A DNA stretch of 30,244 bases from a virus (IMGVR_UViG_3300016474_000557:1-30244); one strand, 5' to 3'; numbered from the stretch's first letter, positions 10,145 to 19,196 are shown. Notes: generated from the letters alone by a model not told the origin. Numbers and translations are program-made.

Positions 10145-10549
10145 TCAGCCGTTCACACGAGTCTTGTTGGGGCGAGCCTCGTGGAGACCGGAGTTGTAAG
10201 CGTACTCGAAAGTAGGCTGACCCTCGCCGGAACCAGCGCCCATGACGAAGTCGCTGAGCACTTCGGGAGCCTCAATCCAGGAAGCGGAGCCGACATGTGC
10301 ACGCTCACGCATGGTGTCGGCAGCGTGCTTGTAGAAGGTCTCAGGAGACTGCATGCTCTGCGTAGCGGAAAGACCACGGGTGTCGGCGTAAGCGCCCTTG
10401 CCGAAGTCGTTCGGTACGTCAGTGTCAGTCGCCACTCCCTCTTCGAAACGGAGCGGACCCTTGTTACCAGGGATGCTGGGGGCGTAGCTACGCTCAAAGA
10501 CGTTGACGCCCTTCTCAGGGTAAGGGTTCTGTGGTGCGAATGTGGTCAT
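10145..10549 (-). CDS. Conserved terminase-adjacent phage protein
   Basis: GGAGG RBS before MTTFAPQNPYPE; GPLRFEEGVATDTDVP motif recalled from related actinophages. Confidence 0.7.
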   Translation of the reverse strand: MTTFAPQNPYPEKGVNVFERSYAPSIPGNKGPLRFEEGVATDTDVPNDFGKGAYADTRGLSATQSMQSPETFYKHAADTMRERAHVGSASWIEAPEVLSDFVMGAGSGEGQPTFEYAYNSGLHEARPNKTRVNG

Positions 10550-10604
10550 GTTTGGAAGCCCTCCATAGTGGGTGAACAATGGTAACAGTACCATATGGGG
10601 TCGG

Positions 10605-12152
10605 TTAACGACGGAAGAATGGGTTATCACTTGAACTGATCGTCGGCATCACGTCCTGGACGGTCATCTGGCAGGCAATGGCCAGGGAGTCGGCATAGTC
10701 GTCAAAGGCCCCTCTCTCGTCGGGGGCGGCTGCCAGCATGTAAGGACCCCTCTGCACCCTCTCCAGGTCGCCCATCTGCTGGTTGAACTTCTTCCAACGC
10801 CTGGTGTTGCGAGCCTTGTAGTCGCCGGGGATGAACAGCTGGTTACGCTGGATCAGCTGGGTCAGGTGGGTCCAGCGGTCGTTCTGGGCCTTGACATCGG
10901 ACCCGACCGCAACGACTTCGATATGGGGCATGAGAATCTGGAGGCGCTCAGCAACAGCGCCACCGACACCTTGAGCGTCCACTCCAATGCGCATGACGTT
11001 GTAGTTTCGAAGAAAGTCGATGATCTCAAAGTACTGTGACTCCCAGTCCACGTTGTTGATCTCGTGCCAGTTGAGGACACGATGTTCGAAGAACCCGAAC
11101 GGGTCGGGCCTATCCCAGTCCACCCACACGGGCGTAATTACAGTGCTGTCATTCGAACGAGCCACGTCGATGCCGACCACGATGGGGGTCTTCCACCACT
11201 CCTGGACGATGGGCATGGTCTTGTCGTACATGCGGTCCAGGCGCTCCTCGGACACGAACATACCCTTGTCCAGCATCCAGCGATTGCAGTAGGACATCTG
11301 GAACTCGTCGGAGTCCTCACCGATACGGATCTTCTCGTCAGCGATGAAGGCGGCGTAGTTCTTGTTGTACTTCGCAGCCATCTTCCAGTCGTACTCGTGG
11401 TGGGAGCGCTTCTTCCCACGACGGTTGGCGTCGGTACGCTTGTTGCGCTGGATGGCAGTGTAGAAGTAGCTCTTGTAGCGCTGGGCGGTGCCACCGAGGA
11501 GGATGCTCCCACGGTTCCAAGCGAGCATCGGCTTGATGGACTTGGTCACCATCTGCTCGTCAGCTTCCTGAGCCTCATCGATGAAGACAAAGTGGTAGGT
11601 CTTGGATTCGATCTTGGCCTTGGGGTTGCAGGTTTGCATGCGGCAAGACGATCCACTCTTCTTAAGGAGCAAGATCTTGCCCTTGCCACGAGCACCACCG
11701 GCTGTCGCCTTGTCATCGATCTCGGGGTCCAGCATCAGGGTGGTGGCGTGATCGCTTGTCAGCTTGGCAACTACACGTCCGAACACGGTGTCGGCCTGGT
11801 CCTCAGTGGGGGCGAAGACGCCCACAAGGAATCCCTTCTTGAACTTGCCGAGCCAGTGCGGATACACGTCAGCTAGACGTGGAAGGATGACCATGAGACC
11901 GGCGATCACGTTCGACACGACCTCGGACTTGCCCGACTGACGGGTGGCGATGAGCGTCTTCTCGTCACCGTCACCTAGCACGACCGACTCAATGATGGAA
12001 TAGGCGATGGGCGTCTGGTACGGGAAGAACTTCACGTCACAGAACTCTTCTACAAAGATGATCAGCTTCTCAATCAGTTCATGTACGAACTGAGGGCTGC
12101 TTTCGTCCTCGTAATCCTCTAGATCAGGAGCCTGCTCAATAACGTCAGTCAT
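10605..12152 (-). CDS. terL: Terminase large subunit
   Basis: Walker A ATRQSGKS, Walker B FIDEAQ, GGT coupling motif, nuclease GIDVAR...DDYADS. Confidence 0.93.
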   Translation of the reverse strand: MTDVIEQAPDLEDYEDESSPQFVHELIEKLIIFVEEFCDVKFFPYQTPIAYSIIESVVLGDGDEKTLIATRQSGKSEVVSNVIAGLMVILPRLADVYPHWLGKFKKGFLVGVFAPTEDQADTVFGRVVAKLTSDHATTLMLDPEIDDKATAGGARGKGKILLLKKSGSSCRMQTCNPKAKIESKTYHFVFIDEAQEADEQMVTKSIKPMLAWNRGSILLGGTAQRYKSYFYTAIQRNKRTDANRRGKKRSHHEYDWKMAAKYNKNYAAFIADEKIRIGEDSDEFQMSYCNRWMLDKGMFVSEERLDRMYDKTMPIVQEWWKTPIVVGIDVARSNDSTVITPVWVDWDRPDPFGFFEHRVLNWHEINNVDWESQYFEIIDFLRNYNVMRIGVDAQGVGGAVAERLQILMPHIEVVAVGSDVKAQNDRWTHLTQLIQRNQLFIPGDYKARNTRRWKKFNQQMGDLERVQRGPYMLAAAPDERGAFDDYADSLAIACQMTVQDVMPTISSSDNPFFRR

Positions 12153-12168
12153 AGTAGTTGATATGGTA

Positions 12169-12405
12169 TCAGGCTAAGCCTCTGTTCTCGGCCTCAGTGA
12201 GCAGTGCGATGAACGCATCCAATGCCGTCTGGAGAGGTTCAGCATCGACCTTACCGTACCGCCAGCCGTCCAAAGACTGGTGCATGGTGATGAGGATCTC
12301 GTCCAAGTAGGGACCGATGAGCTTGTCGTCTACCTTGGCAGCACGACGGAGGTGATCGGGGTTGATGGGGCGGGCGGCGCTCTTGAGTCCTTTGTAGGTG
12401 CTCAC
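12169..12405 (-). CDS. Hypothetical protein upstream of terL
   Basis: 78-aa helical ORF with GTGA overlap. Confidence 0.6.
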   Translation of the reverse strand: MSTYKGLKSAARPINPDHLRRAAKVDDKLIGPYLDEILITMHQSLDGWRYGKVDAEPLQTALDAFIALLTEAENRGLA

Positions 12406-12761
12406 TTGGAGTCAGCCCCCAAGCCCATGTTCCAGCGACGAAGCTGCTTGGCAGTCATCCCATCAAAGGCGTCGGGCCTATTACTGATCTGAGCATCCAG
12501 GCTGTCTACTCGCATTGTAAGTAGACCTACCTGGAATGTGAGTTTGCCGAGACGCACTTGGATGCCTCGTCCTCTCCAGAAGGGGGGCGCTGTCTGTCGC
12601 ATGATGGCCTTGGTGACAAGAGGCTGACCCTTCCCGTTGTCCTTGGTGATCCAGTAGATGCGTAATGTCTCCAGGTACTGGATGCGGTTCAGGGTGTCCT
12701 TGAACAGGTAGTAGGCACCAATCATCAACGTGACGCTGATGATTCCGATTGTGATGAGCAT
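12402..12761 (-). CDS. Membrane-anchored hypothetical protein
   Basis: N-terminal hydrophobic helix; GGAG RBS. Confidence 0.65.
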   Translation of the reverse strand: MLITIGIISVTLMIGAYYLFKDTLNRIQYLETLRIYWITKDNGKGQPLVTKAIMRQTAPPFWRGRGIQVRLGKLTFQVGLLTMRVDSLDAQISNRPDAFDGMTAKQLRRWNMGLGADSK

Positions 12762-12776
12762 TAGTTCTCCGAGTAG

Positions 12777-13220
12777 TCAGACGGAATGGAAGTCCCGCAC
12801 AACCTCAGCAGCGGAGGCCCTGCGATACGGGAAGTAGTTCAAAGTGCTGTTGATGTACTGCCCCTTGGAGGGGGAGGCGTCAAAGGCTTCAAACACTGCT
12901 GACGGAACGTCATTGTACACCCAGGGCGTGCCGTACTTGATGAACTTGACCCTCAGCTGTAACGTGTCGGGGTCGTACTGGTACGCATGCACACGGGTGG
13001 AATCTGGGTACTTCCATTCCGTGGTGTCTTGATGGATGGGGTCTAGGGGGCCGTCAGGACGGCTGTCACCGAAGAGCGCCTTCTCGTAGAAGCGAGAGCG
13101 GGTACCAACGATGGCACCACGTTCAGGATGACGAACGTCGCCACCGGCAGTACCCGCTCCGATTCCTTGCTTGAAGCGCTCTGCGCCCCAACTGCCTAGT
13201 CCAGTGCCTTGCTGTGCCAT
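12777..13220 (-). CDS. KTSC domain protein
   Basis: STRV..YQYD...LRVKF...WVYNDVP..VFEAF..SPSKGQYIN matches the KTSC pattern. Confidence 0.8.
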   Translation of the reverse strand: MAQQGTGLGSWGAERFKQGIGAGTAGGDVRHPERGAIVGTRSRFYEKALFGDSRPDGPLDPIHQDTTEWKYPDSTRVHAYQYDPDTLQLRVKFIKYGTPWVYNDVPSAVFEAFDASPSKGQYINSTLNYFPYRRASAAEVVRDFHSV

Positions 13221-13241
13221 AGCGCTAGACTAGCACACCTG

Positions 13242-13424
13242 TCAAGGCTTCTGTACGTTGGCAACGGCAACACCGAAACCAAGCACGGTCAGCGCCTTGA
13301 GGAGCTTGCCCTCCCAGATGTCGGGCACCACGTCGAAGATGGCCTCAAGACCGATCAGAGTGGCAAGCACGGAGTAGATAGCCGTACGTGCCTTAGCGGG
13401 AATGGACTGGGCTAGATTGATCAT
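13242..13424 (-). CDS. Holin-like small membrane protein
   Basis: 60 aa, two hydrophobic segments, RTAIY and AVANV motifs typical of actinophage holins. Confidence 0.6.
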   Translation of the reverse strand: MINLAQSIPAKARTAIYSVLATLIGLEAIFDVVPDIWEGKLLKALTVLGFGVAVANVQKP

Positions 13425-13990
13425 GGTGCCTCCTCAGGCGTAGGTGCTTGCTTCTGTGTGATAGTGACGGGCACTTCTAGGGAGGACCACTTGACGTTCT
13501 TCTCCCAATCGACGTGCTCAGCTAGATGGCTAGCCGTTTCGTCCACTTTGGATTCTAGCTTAGAGATGTGGTCTTCGAAGCCTCGGTGAGCCACTGCGTT
13601 CTGCCGATCCATAGAGTCCAGTCGGTTGTTCAACTGGTGACTGGTCTCGTGGATGCGGTCTCCAAGGACACTGAGATGAGACACTACCTCGCTCGCAGTG
13701 GACAGACCTGGCGGTAGGTCCTCCCAGCGAGCTTGAAACGCTGCAAGATCGTGCATCTTGGCATGCGTCTCGGCCACCATGTCGAATAGACGAAGCTGGT
13801 CTGGGGCCTTGTGGTTCACGGCGTTGTTGATCTCCTTCACTTCCAAGTTGTTGGCCTTGGCTTGGCGGTGGCCAAGGTAACCGAACATGGCAGTGATGCA
13901 CACGCCGATCAGGGTGAGGATACTTCCCCAGATGAACACGCTTGAATCAACATCACCAGCAGCACCCTGTGCCGCCGCTCCCCACATCAT
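13421..13990 (-). CDS. Membrane protein with coiled coil (lysis-cassette type)
   Basis: Single N-terminal TM segment then EINNAVNH and heptads; adjacent to the holin-like gene. Confidence 0.6.
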   Translation of the reverse strand: MMWGAAAQGAAGDVDSSVFIWGSILTLIGVCITAMFGYLGHRQAKANNLEVKEINNAVNHKAPDQLRLFDMVAETHAKMHDLAAFQARWEDLPPGLSTASEVVSHLSVLGDRIHETSHQLNNRLDSMDRQNAVAHRGFEDHISKLESKVDETASHLAEHVDWEKNVKWSSLEVPVTITQKQAPTPEEAP

Positions 13991-14373
13991 AGTGCCACGA
14001 GCGGCGTTGCTACCCCGTCGCTCTCCAGAGGTGTGATATTGGCGGTGTCTTCAACCGTAAGAACGCCTTTGACGATATGCAGTTCAGCGATAGGAGTAGA
14101 GGTCAAGAGGGCAGAACGGCTGACCTTGGCGACCATGTCCCACGAGAACTCCCCGGCACCCAGCCACTCGGTGTTCTCTGCGGAAAGGGACAACAGAATG
14201 CCCCCCTCTGAGGTGATCTCGGCGGGGATGACGTACTTGACTGAGTTGACAAGGATAGTTGCGTTGGCCACGGTGGGGACACGCTTGCGGTGGGTGCGCC
14301 TGTCCTTAATGATGATTAAGCGTTCCCAGATCACACCCTTGGTCGCTGTGTAGTTCTTGGTGCGGGTAGTCAC
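13987..14373 (-). CDS. Hypothetical beta-rich protein, probably virion-associated
   Basis: GGAGG RBS; G.ILLSLSA..T..L..G..WDM pattern seen in phage Ig-like/baseplate proteins. Confidence 0.55.
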   Translation of the reverse strand: MTTRTKNYTATKGVIWERLIIIKDRRTHRKRVPTVANATILVNSVKYVIPAEITSEGGILLSLSAENTEWLGAGEFSWDMVAKVSRSALLTSTPIAELHIVKGVLTVEDTANITPLESDGVATPLVAL

Positions 14374-14423
14374 CTGGTCCTCCCTGCTAGACGGCGGTTT
14401 GTATCACTAATCGTAGCATGTCA

Positions 14424-14452
14424 TTGACACAGGGTGGCGCTAGTGGTACTGT
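14424..14452 (+). promoter_or_regulatory. Sigma70/SigA-type promoter
   Basis: TTGACA-17 bp-TACTGT with TG extension, at the strand switch. Confidence 0.65.
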
Positions 14453-14630
14453 GCCGAACTATCCTCACGGGGAGGGGGGAAAGGGGGGAGGGGCCACCGA
14501 CAAGGAATTGGTCTTAAGATCCCCGAGAGTCCCCCACCCCGAGCGAAGCGAGGTGCACTCCTAACGCTGGGAGTGCGTCGGGCTTCGCCCTCCGAGGGTG
14601 ACGGACGGGGTCTAGAGAAAGAAGATCGAT

Positions 14631-14909
14631 TTGTATCGCAAGTACTTGCCCGAAGAAACGGGAGACCTGACTCGCTTCTTGGCCCCCAAGGAGTTGGAGA
14701 AGGCTATGGCCCGTAAGAAGGAGTACGACTGGTGGGTCGCACACCCAGAGGTCCACTGGTGCGCAGAGCGCACGTCTACGCATGGCCCGGTCTCCTTCTG
14801 GGACCACTACCGATACTATGGATACCTATCTCGCAACCAGGTCTACTCCGTCCGTCAGGCGTACCGCCAAGCGACGGGATACGCCGTAACCAGAGGAAAG
14901 GCAGCATGA
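14631..14909 (+). CDS. Hypothetical protein
   Basis: 92 aa, ATGA-coupled to next gene; start uncertain. Confidence 0.55.
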   Translation: MYRKYLPEETGDLTRFLAPKELEKAMARKKEYDWWVAHPEVHWCAERTSTHGPVSFWDHYRYYGYLSRNQVYSVRQAYRQATGYAVTRGKAA

Positions 14910-15262
14910 GCAAGATCAGTTCCAACAAGAAGGTCTATTCCCGATTCAAGGAGGGGTGCACGGCTGTGCTCATGGGGGACCCCGACAGCCAGGGTAACCA
15001 GGCTGCCCTCATCACCGACATCGATGTCAACGAAGGGGAACCCTTCGTCAGCCTGACCAAGCCCCATGAGTGGTCCCCGGTACCCCTCGTCCCCCGACCT
15101 GCCGACATCCCAGAGTTCGTAGAGGTGATCCTGTGGGGAGACGGTGACGGTGTCCACATGGACGTGGTGAGCGTGGACGAAGACTGGGACCAGTGGAACG
15201 AGTCCATCACGTTGGGCCGCTTCACTGTCAGGGTCCCGGCTATGCTAACCCCCTTGACATGA
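14906..15262 (+). CDS. Hypothetical protein
   Basis: ATG at 14906 overlapping the upstream stop, GAGG RBS. Confidence 0.65.
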   Translation: MSKISSNKKVYSRFKEGCTAVLMGDPDSQGNQAALITDIDVNEGEPFVSLTKPHEWSPVPLVPRPADIPEFVEVILWGDGDGVHMDVVSVDEDWDQWNESITLGRFTVRVPAMLTPLT

Positions 15263-15282
15263 CGATCCCCGTCAGGTACGCT
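15254..15282 (+). promoter_or_regulatory. Sigma70-type promoter with palindromic spacer
   Basis: TTGACA-17 bp-TACGCT; spacer contains TGACG-N5-CGTCA. Confidence 0.6.
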
Positions 15283-15308
15283 CCCCTTACATCAGAAAGA
15301 AGGACCCA

Positions 15309-15836
15309 GTGAAGAAAGCACTCAGTACGATCATCCTAGCGGTGGGCTTGACAGCCCTCATGGGCGGCACCGCCCTCGCTCATCGTGACCACGACGACTG
15401 CGACAAGTACTCGTCACGTCAAGAGTCCTACAGGGACGATGATGACGATGATGACGATGACGATGACTGCCAGACGACAACGACTACGTCGCCCACCACT
15501 ACGACCGTCTACGTCACCACGACAACCGTCCAGGACACGACCACTACGACGTTGGAAGACACGACGACGACTGAGGCTCCGACCACGACCGTCGAAGTGA
15601 CGACGACGACTGCGCCTTCCACCACCGTGCCCGACACGACTACGCCTGAGGTCACCACTACCACCGTGGAGAGTACTACGACCACGGTAGAGGTGAGTAC
15701 GCCGCCGACGACGAGCGTGCCCCCTACTGGAAGGCTTCCTCAGACCGGCAACGGTGGTTGGGTGTGGATCTTGGCAGCAGGTTGTCTTGCTGGATTGCTG
15801 GGAGCGGTCCTGCTCCTGTTCCCTCGTCAGAAATGA
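15309..15836 (+). CDS. Secreted, sortase-type (LPQTG) cell-wall-anchored Thr-rich protein
   Basis: Signal peptide ending ALA, poly-Asp tract, Thr/Pro repeats, LPQTG + TM + basic tail RQK. Confidence 0.82.
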   Translation: MKKALSTIILAVGLTALMGGTALAHRDHDDCDKYSSRQESYRDDDDDDDDDDDCQTTTTTSPTTTTVYVTTTTVQDTTTTTLEDTTTTEAPTTTVEVTTTTAPSTTVPDTTTPEVTTTTVESTTTTVEVSTPPTTSVPPTGRLPQTGNGGWVWILAAGCLAGLLGAVLLLFPRQK

Positions 15837-15877
15837 CCTCTTAGGGTCTCAATCTCCTAGCGAAAGGAGGTCATAGC

Positions 15878-15911
15878 AAACAGGGAGGGGGTTTCGGCCC
15901 CCTCCCTGTTT
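15878..15911. terminator. Intrinsic (bidirectional) terminator
   Basis: aaacagggagggggt-ttcg-gccccctccctgttt hairpin. Confidence 0.85.
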
Positions 15912-15957
15912 CGTGTATGGCAAGATGGGGGTCTACCTACCAAGGAGATCTCATCAC

Positions 15958-16581
15958 ATGGCAATGACCATCGTTCCTGTCAAGATGCCGACAGAGCTAC
16001 AGAACCAGTCGAACGGGGATCTGGACCCCGCCCTCCTCAAGCCCATTGGCACCAAGACTTCCATGCTGGCTACCGCTGCTGACTGGTACGCCGTCATGCA
16101 GAAGGAGTTCCTCAAGGACACCGGTCGTGTGCTGTCCTTCACCTTCGGCGGCGGCTATCGCACCTGGCAGCAGCAGTACAACCTCTTCATCTCTCGCTAC
16201 GAGAAGATCAGCTACGCCACCTACCTCGTGACCCCCAGCACTCGTAGGAAGGTCTGGAAGGCTGAGCAGGGCGTCCACAAGGCGCTGAACCCCAGCACGA
16301 GCTACTGGCGCAAGAAGGTCATCGGTACGCTCCCCAACGGACAGCCTCGCTACCCAGCCACCGCAGCTGTCCCCGGCACGAGCAACCACGGCCTTGGCCT
16401 GGCTTGCGACCTGGCCATCGGTCGCCCCGAAAGCGCTACGAGCCTGACAGCGCCTGATCGTGCTTGGCTGGAGGCCAACATCCACCGCTTTGGTTTCTCC
16501 TACGAGAGCACCTCTGAGCCGTGGCACATCCGCTACGTTGTCGGAGACGCCTGCCCTCCATACATCAACGAGAAGCACTGA
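15958..16581 (+). CDS. M15-family (VanY-like) peptidase, probable endolysin
   Basis: YRT..QQ, PGTSNHGLGLACD (SxHxxGxAxD) and EPWH zinc motifs; AAGGAG RBS. Confidence 0.87.
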   Translation: MAMTIVPVKMPTELQNQSNGDLDPALLKPIGTKTSMLATAADWYAVMQKEFLKDTGRVLSFTFGGGYRTWQQQYNLFISRYEKISYATYLVTPSTRRKVWKAEQGVHKALNPSTSYWRKKVIGTLPNGQPRYPATAAVPGTSNHGLGLACDLAIGRPESATSLTAPDRAWLEANIHRFGFSYESTSEPWHIRYVVGDACPPYINEKH

Positions 16582-16583
16582 CC

Positions 16584-16838
16584 ATGTCTGTCCTCCAGCC
16601 TTCCCAGTTTGGTCAGGGACGTACGTTCACAGGCGTGCCTGCGTACAACCCAGAGCCGCACGAGGGGGAGCCTGTGAGGCACCTGCTGCACGACGCCCAC
16701 TGGTCGTCCGTGCACCCGGCTCTTCAAGGCGCTCACCCGCTGGATCGCCCCCGTGACTCGTTCAGTTTGGGGCACACCGCTGGACTTCTTGCGCACCTGA
16801 GGAGCGTTGGAGAGTCGTTGACGCAACCGTACCGATAA
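16584..16838 (+). CDS. Hypothetical protein with N-terminal LQPSQF tag
   Basis: ATG 2 nt after the peptidase stop. Confidence 0.55.
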   Translation: MSVLQPSQFGQGRTFTGVPAYNPEPHEGEPVRHLLHDAHWSSVHPALQGAHPLDRPRDSFSLGHTAGLLAHLRSVGESLTQPYR

Positions 16839-16854
16839 TGGTAGTGTTCTGCCC

Positions 16855-17184
16855 ATGATTGAGCATGTCAACGACGGTCTGTACTTGCTGAACCCTGGTG
16901 ATGACGCACAGAGGGTGGCTCGTAGGGTGTACGGTGACGTGCACAAGAGCAACGTGCTCCTCACTGCGAACCCCACCAACTGGGACGAGCTGGACAGGGT
17001 GATCGTACCCAACAAGAAGGGGCGAGTGACTCGTCTCTTGGCTGGGGAGTCCCCCAAGGACACCGTTCAACGCATGTTCCCCAACCAGCTACCGCACCTG
17101 TACCTGTTGCAGTACAGCATCTGGAATGGCGGTAATGACGCCTGGTTGGTGGAGGGCGATCTCGTGTACGTACCAGAGCGATAA
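16855..17184 (+). CDS. Protein with two degenerate LysM/tail-X-like repeats
   Basis: PGDDAQRVARRVYG...LLTANP...IVP and AGES....QRMF....WN....L.EGDLVYVP. Confidence 0.55.
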   Translation: MIEHVNDGLYLLNPGDDAQRVARRVYGDVHKSNVLLTANPTNWDELDRVIVPNKKGRVTRLLAGESPKDTVQRMFPNQLPHLYLLQYSIWNGGNDAWLVEGDLVYVPER

Positions 17185-17269
17185 GAGAGGATATCACCAC
17201 CCTCGGTGGCGTCGAATTGTGCACGCTCTGAGCTTGATACCCAACGAGTTACTATCGATATGAAACGCA

Positions 17270-17297
17270 AAGAGGACCCCCGAAAGGGGGTCCTCTT
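17270..17297. terminator. Terminator between the convergent + operon and the tRNA array
   Basis: aagaggaccccc-gaaa-gggggtcctctt perfect hairpin. Confidence 0.85.
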
Positions 17298-17317
17298 GTG
17301 TGAAGGCAAACTCACGA

Positions 17318-17393
17318 TGGCTGCCAGAGTAGGGATCGAACCTACGACCGTCTCCTTAACAGGGAGCCGCTACTGCCTCTGAGCTACCTGGCA
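17318..17393 (-). tRNA. tRNA-Asn(GTT)
   Basis: Cloverleaf, loop CT-GTT-AA, encoded CCA. Confidence 0.9.
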
Positions 17394-17394
17394 T

Positions 17395-17466
17395 TGGTAG
17401 CGGTAAGAGGATTCGAACCTCAGCCATCATCTTTCAGAGAGATGTGTCCCGCCTTGGGATACCGCA
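17395..17466 (-). tRNA. tRNA-Gln(CTG), compact D arm
   Basis: CATCT-CT CTG AA-AGATG, TTCGAAT loop, CCA. Confidence 0.8.
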
Positions 17467-17584
17467 TCGTCTTGGCTAGCTTACCAGGCTAGCCACAGCA
17501 GTGCGCCTTGTACCCACAATGGGGGCACTTCCAACCAGTTACGTTGGGGTCATATCGCTGTTCGCAATTCTCACAATCCACGAG

Positions 17585-17656
17585 TGCCTCCCCTGGGATT
17601 CGAACCCAGACCTCTGGGCTTAAAAGGCCCGCCCTCTGCCGTTAAGTTAGAGAGGC
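17585..17656 (-). tRNA. tRNA-Lys(TTT)
   Basis: GGGC-CT TTT AA-GCCC; T arm intact. Confidence 0.88.
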
Positions 17657-17663
17657 ATTCTAG

Positions 17664-17744
17664 CACTGCGTACGGGATTCGAACCCGTAATGCATTGAGC
17701 GGTGGCTTGAAAGGCCACTGGGTCTACCGTTCCCCCAACGCAGC
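17664..17744 (-). tRNA. tRNA-Glu(TTC) with 13-nt variable region
   Basis: GTGGC-CT TTC AA-GCCAC; T arm intact. Confidence 0.8.
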
Positions 17745-17745
17745 A

Positions 17746-17822
17746 TGGCGGTGGCACGGAGAGTCGAACTCCGACTTCAACCTTGACAGGGTTGCGTGCA
17801 CAGACCAGTACACTATGTCACC
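17746..17822 (-). tRNA. tRNA-Asp(GTC)
   Basis: CAACC-CT GTC AA-GGTTG, CCA. Confidence 0.9.
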
Positions 17823-17823
17823 T

Positions 17824-17899
17824 TGGAGAGTCCTGTGAGAATTGAACTCACACTTCATCGTTTGCAGCGATGCGCCCACAGCCAGTAGACCAAGGACTC
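17824..17899 (-). tRNA. tRNA-Cys(GCA)
   Basis: CATCG-CT GCA AA-CGATG, U73, CCA. Confidence 0.9.
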
Positions 17900-17903
17900 A
17901 GAG

Positions 17904-17975
17904 TGGTACCCGAGGGTATCGAACCCCCCTATCTGCGTTTTCAGCACAGCGCTAATCCATCTCAGCTAGGGCACC
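17904..17975 (-). tRNA. tRNA-Phe(GAA)
   Basis: Loop CT-GAA-AA, cloverleaf. Confidence 0.88.
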
Positions 17976-18078
17976 ATTGGCGACACACCACCCGACGAGA
18001 GTTGCAGCTACTCACGATGTGTGTCGCAGAGAGTGTTGGGGGCCGCTTACCTCCCCATTGAATACGCTAGACACTCAG

Positions 18079-18150
18079 TCGGAAACCTGGGAGTCGAACC
18101 CAGCACCCCGGCCTTCCAAAGACCTCATGCAACCGCTACACCTGATTCCG
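18079..18150 (-). tRNA. tRNA-Pro(TGG)
   Basis: 5' CGG, loop TT-TGG-AA. Confidence 0.85.
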
Positions 18151-18247
18151 ATTGTCCCTCTGCTGTGCCTTGCGGCTAGCCTGCCTCCCCAGAGGGTCGG
18201 GGGCGGTTCGGGTTGCGACAGGACCACCACGTCCTCAACCACAGGCT

Positions 18248-18324
18248 TGGTAGATGCGGAGGGATTCGAACCCCCGACCTTGACTTTGTAAGAGTCCTGC
18301 TCTGACCAACTGAGCTACACATCC
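18248..18324 (-). tRNA. tRNA-Val(TAC)
   Basis: GACT-CT TAC AA-AGTC, CCA. Confidence 0.9.
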
Positions 18325-18764
18325 ATGTTCTTGTATCTTGCTAGAATCTCCTCTGCCCACGCCACTAGGTCTTCCGGTCGTTGACCGGCTGGCTGGAACG
18401 ACACCCACAGTTCCAAGTTCTCAGGACGATTGTCGTCCTTCACCCCGTTCTTGTGGTGCACTGTCTCTCCCGGCAGAAGAGAGCGCCCCAACACATCTTC
18501 CATGACGAGCCGGTGCTCAAGCACCTTCTTGCCGTCTCTGTTGACCTCTACGTATCCTGCCTGGTTTACCCAGCGCTGTCTGCCGGTGCCTGTTCTCGCT
18601 GCGTTAGCACAGCGAATGCAGCGGTCGTACGAAGTCAGTCGCTCTCCGCAGATCGTGCAGGGCTTCTGCTTCCATGACGCCCGACACTTCGGGCAGCACT
18701 TGTGACGACTGCTAGGGACGAACTCTCGTCTGCACCTTCCACACGTTCTAGTCTCTTCTTGCAT
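18315..18764 (-). CDS. HNH homing endonuclease (HNH_3/NUMOD-like) with N-terminal CxxC clusters
   Basis: EHRLVM...[19 protein letters not shown]; stop overlaps 5' end of tRNA-Val; GTGCTAGTAT -10 element 7 nt upstream of the ATG. Confidence 0.88.
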   Translation of the reverse strand: MQEETRTCGRCRREFVPSSRHKCCPKCRASWKQKPCTICGERLTSYDRCIRCANAARTGTGRQRWVNQAGYVEVNRDGKKVLEHRLVMEDVLGRSLLPGETVHHKNGVKDDNRPENLELWVSFQPAGQRPEDLVAWAEEILARYKNMDV

Positions 18765-18790
18765 GGGAATCATACTAGCACATGTGGACG

Positions 18791-18863
18791 TGGAGTTGGG
18801 GGGAGTCGAACCCCCGAAATGCCATCTTGCAAGGATGGTGCTGTACCACTGAGCCACAACCCC
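18791..18863 (-). tRNA. tRNA-Ala(TGC)
   Basis: CCATC-CT TGC AA-GATGG; G3-U70. Confidence 0.9.
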
Positions 18864-18889
18864 TTGAGGTGCGGTGCAGACGAAAGAAG

Positions 18890-18963
18890 TGCTCTCTAAG
18901 GGATTCGAACCCTTACAACTCGGGGTTTAAGCCCGGTGCCTCTGCCGGTTGGGCTAAGAGAGC
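18890..18963 (-). tRNA. tRNA-Leu(TAA), short variable loop
   Basis: CGGG-CT TAA AC-CCCG. Confidence 0.82.
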
Positions 18964-18966
18964 AGA

Positions 18967-19041
18967 TGGAGTGTCTATCGGGATTCGAACCCGACCAGTC
19001 ACCTTGGCAAGGTGGCATGCTGCCGCTGACATCATAGACAC
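18967..19041 (-). tRNA. tRNA-Gly(GCC)
   Basis: Loop TT-GCC-AA, U73, CCA. Confidence 0.88.
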
Positions 19042-19043
19042 AT

Positions 19044-19118
19044 TGGAGCAGGTAGGGGGATTCGAACCCCCAAACTCACCTTGGAAGGGTGCTATGTTGC
19101 CGTTGACATCATACCTGC
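19044..19118 (-). tRNA. tRNA-Gly(TCC)
   Basis: Loop CT-TCC-AA, U73, CCA. Confidence 0.9.
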
Positions 19119-19196
19119 ATTGGGAGGACCGGGCCTTGCTAGCTTTGCCCGCTGGCGCTTCTCGTCCAGCATGCTCACGTCTGAGCTTTCCTCCAG

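Noticed and set aside
17-12152. Long plus-strand ORFs (e.g. 2220-3281, 5060-5830, 6965-8140, 11064-11876)
   Set aside because: Antisense shadows of GC-rich minus-strand genes
12169-12405. INPDHL as another copy of the N-terminal tag, or this ORF as terminase small subunit
   Set aside because: Lacks the invariant Q; no recognisable terS motif
15435-15720. gatgac and acgacc repeats as a VNTR or origin
   Set aside because: Explained by the poly-Asp and Thr-rich coding sequence
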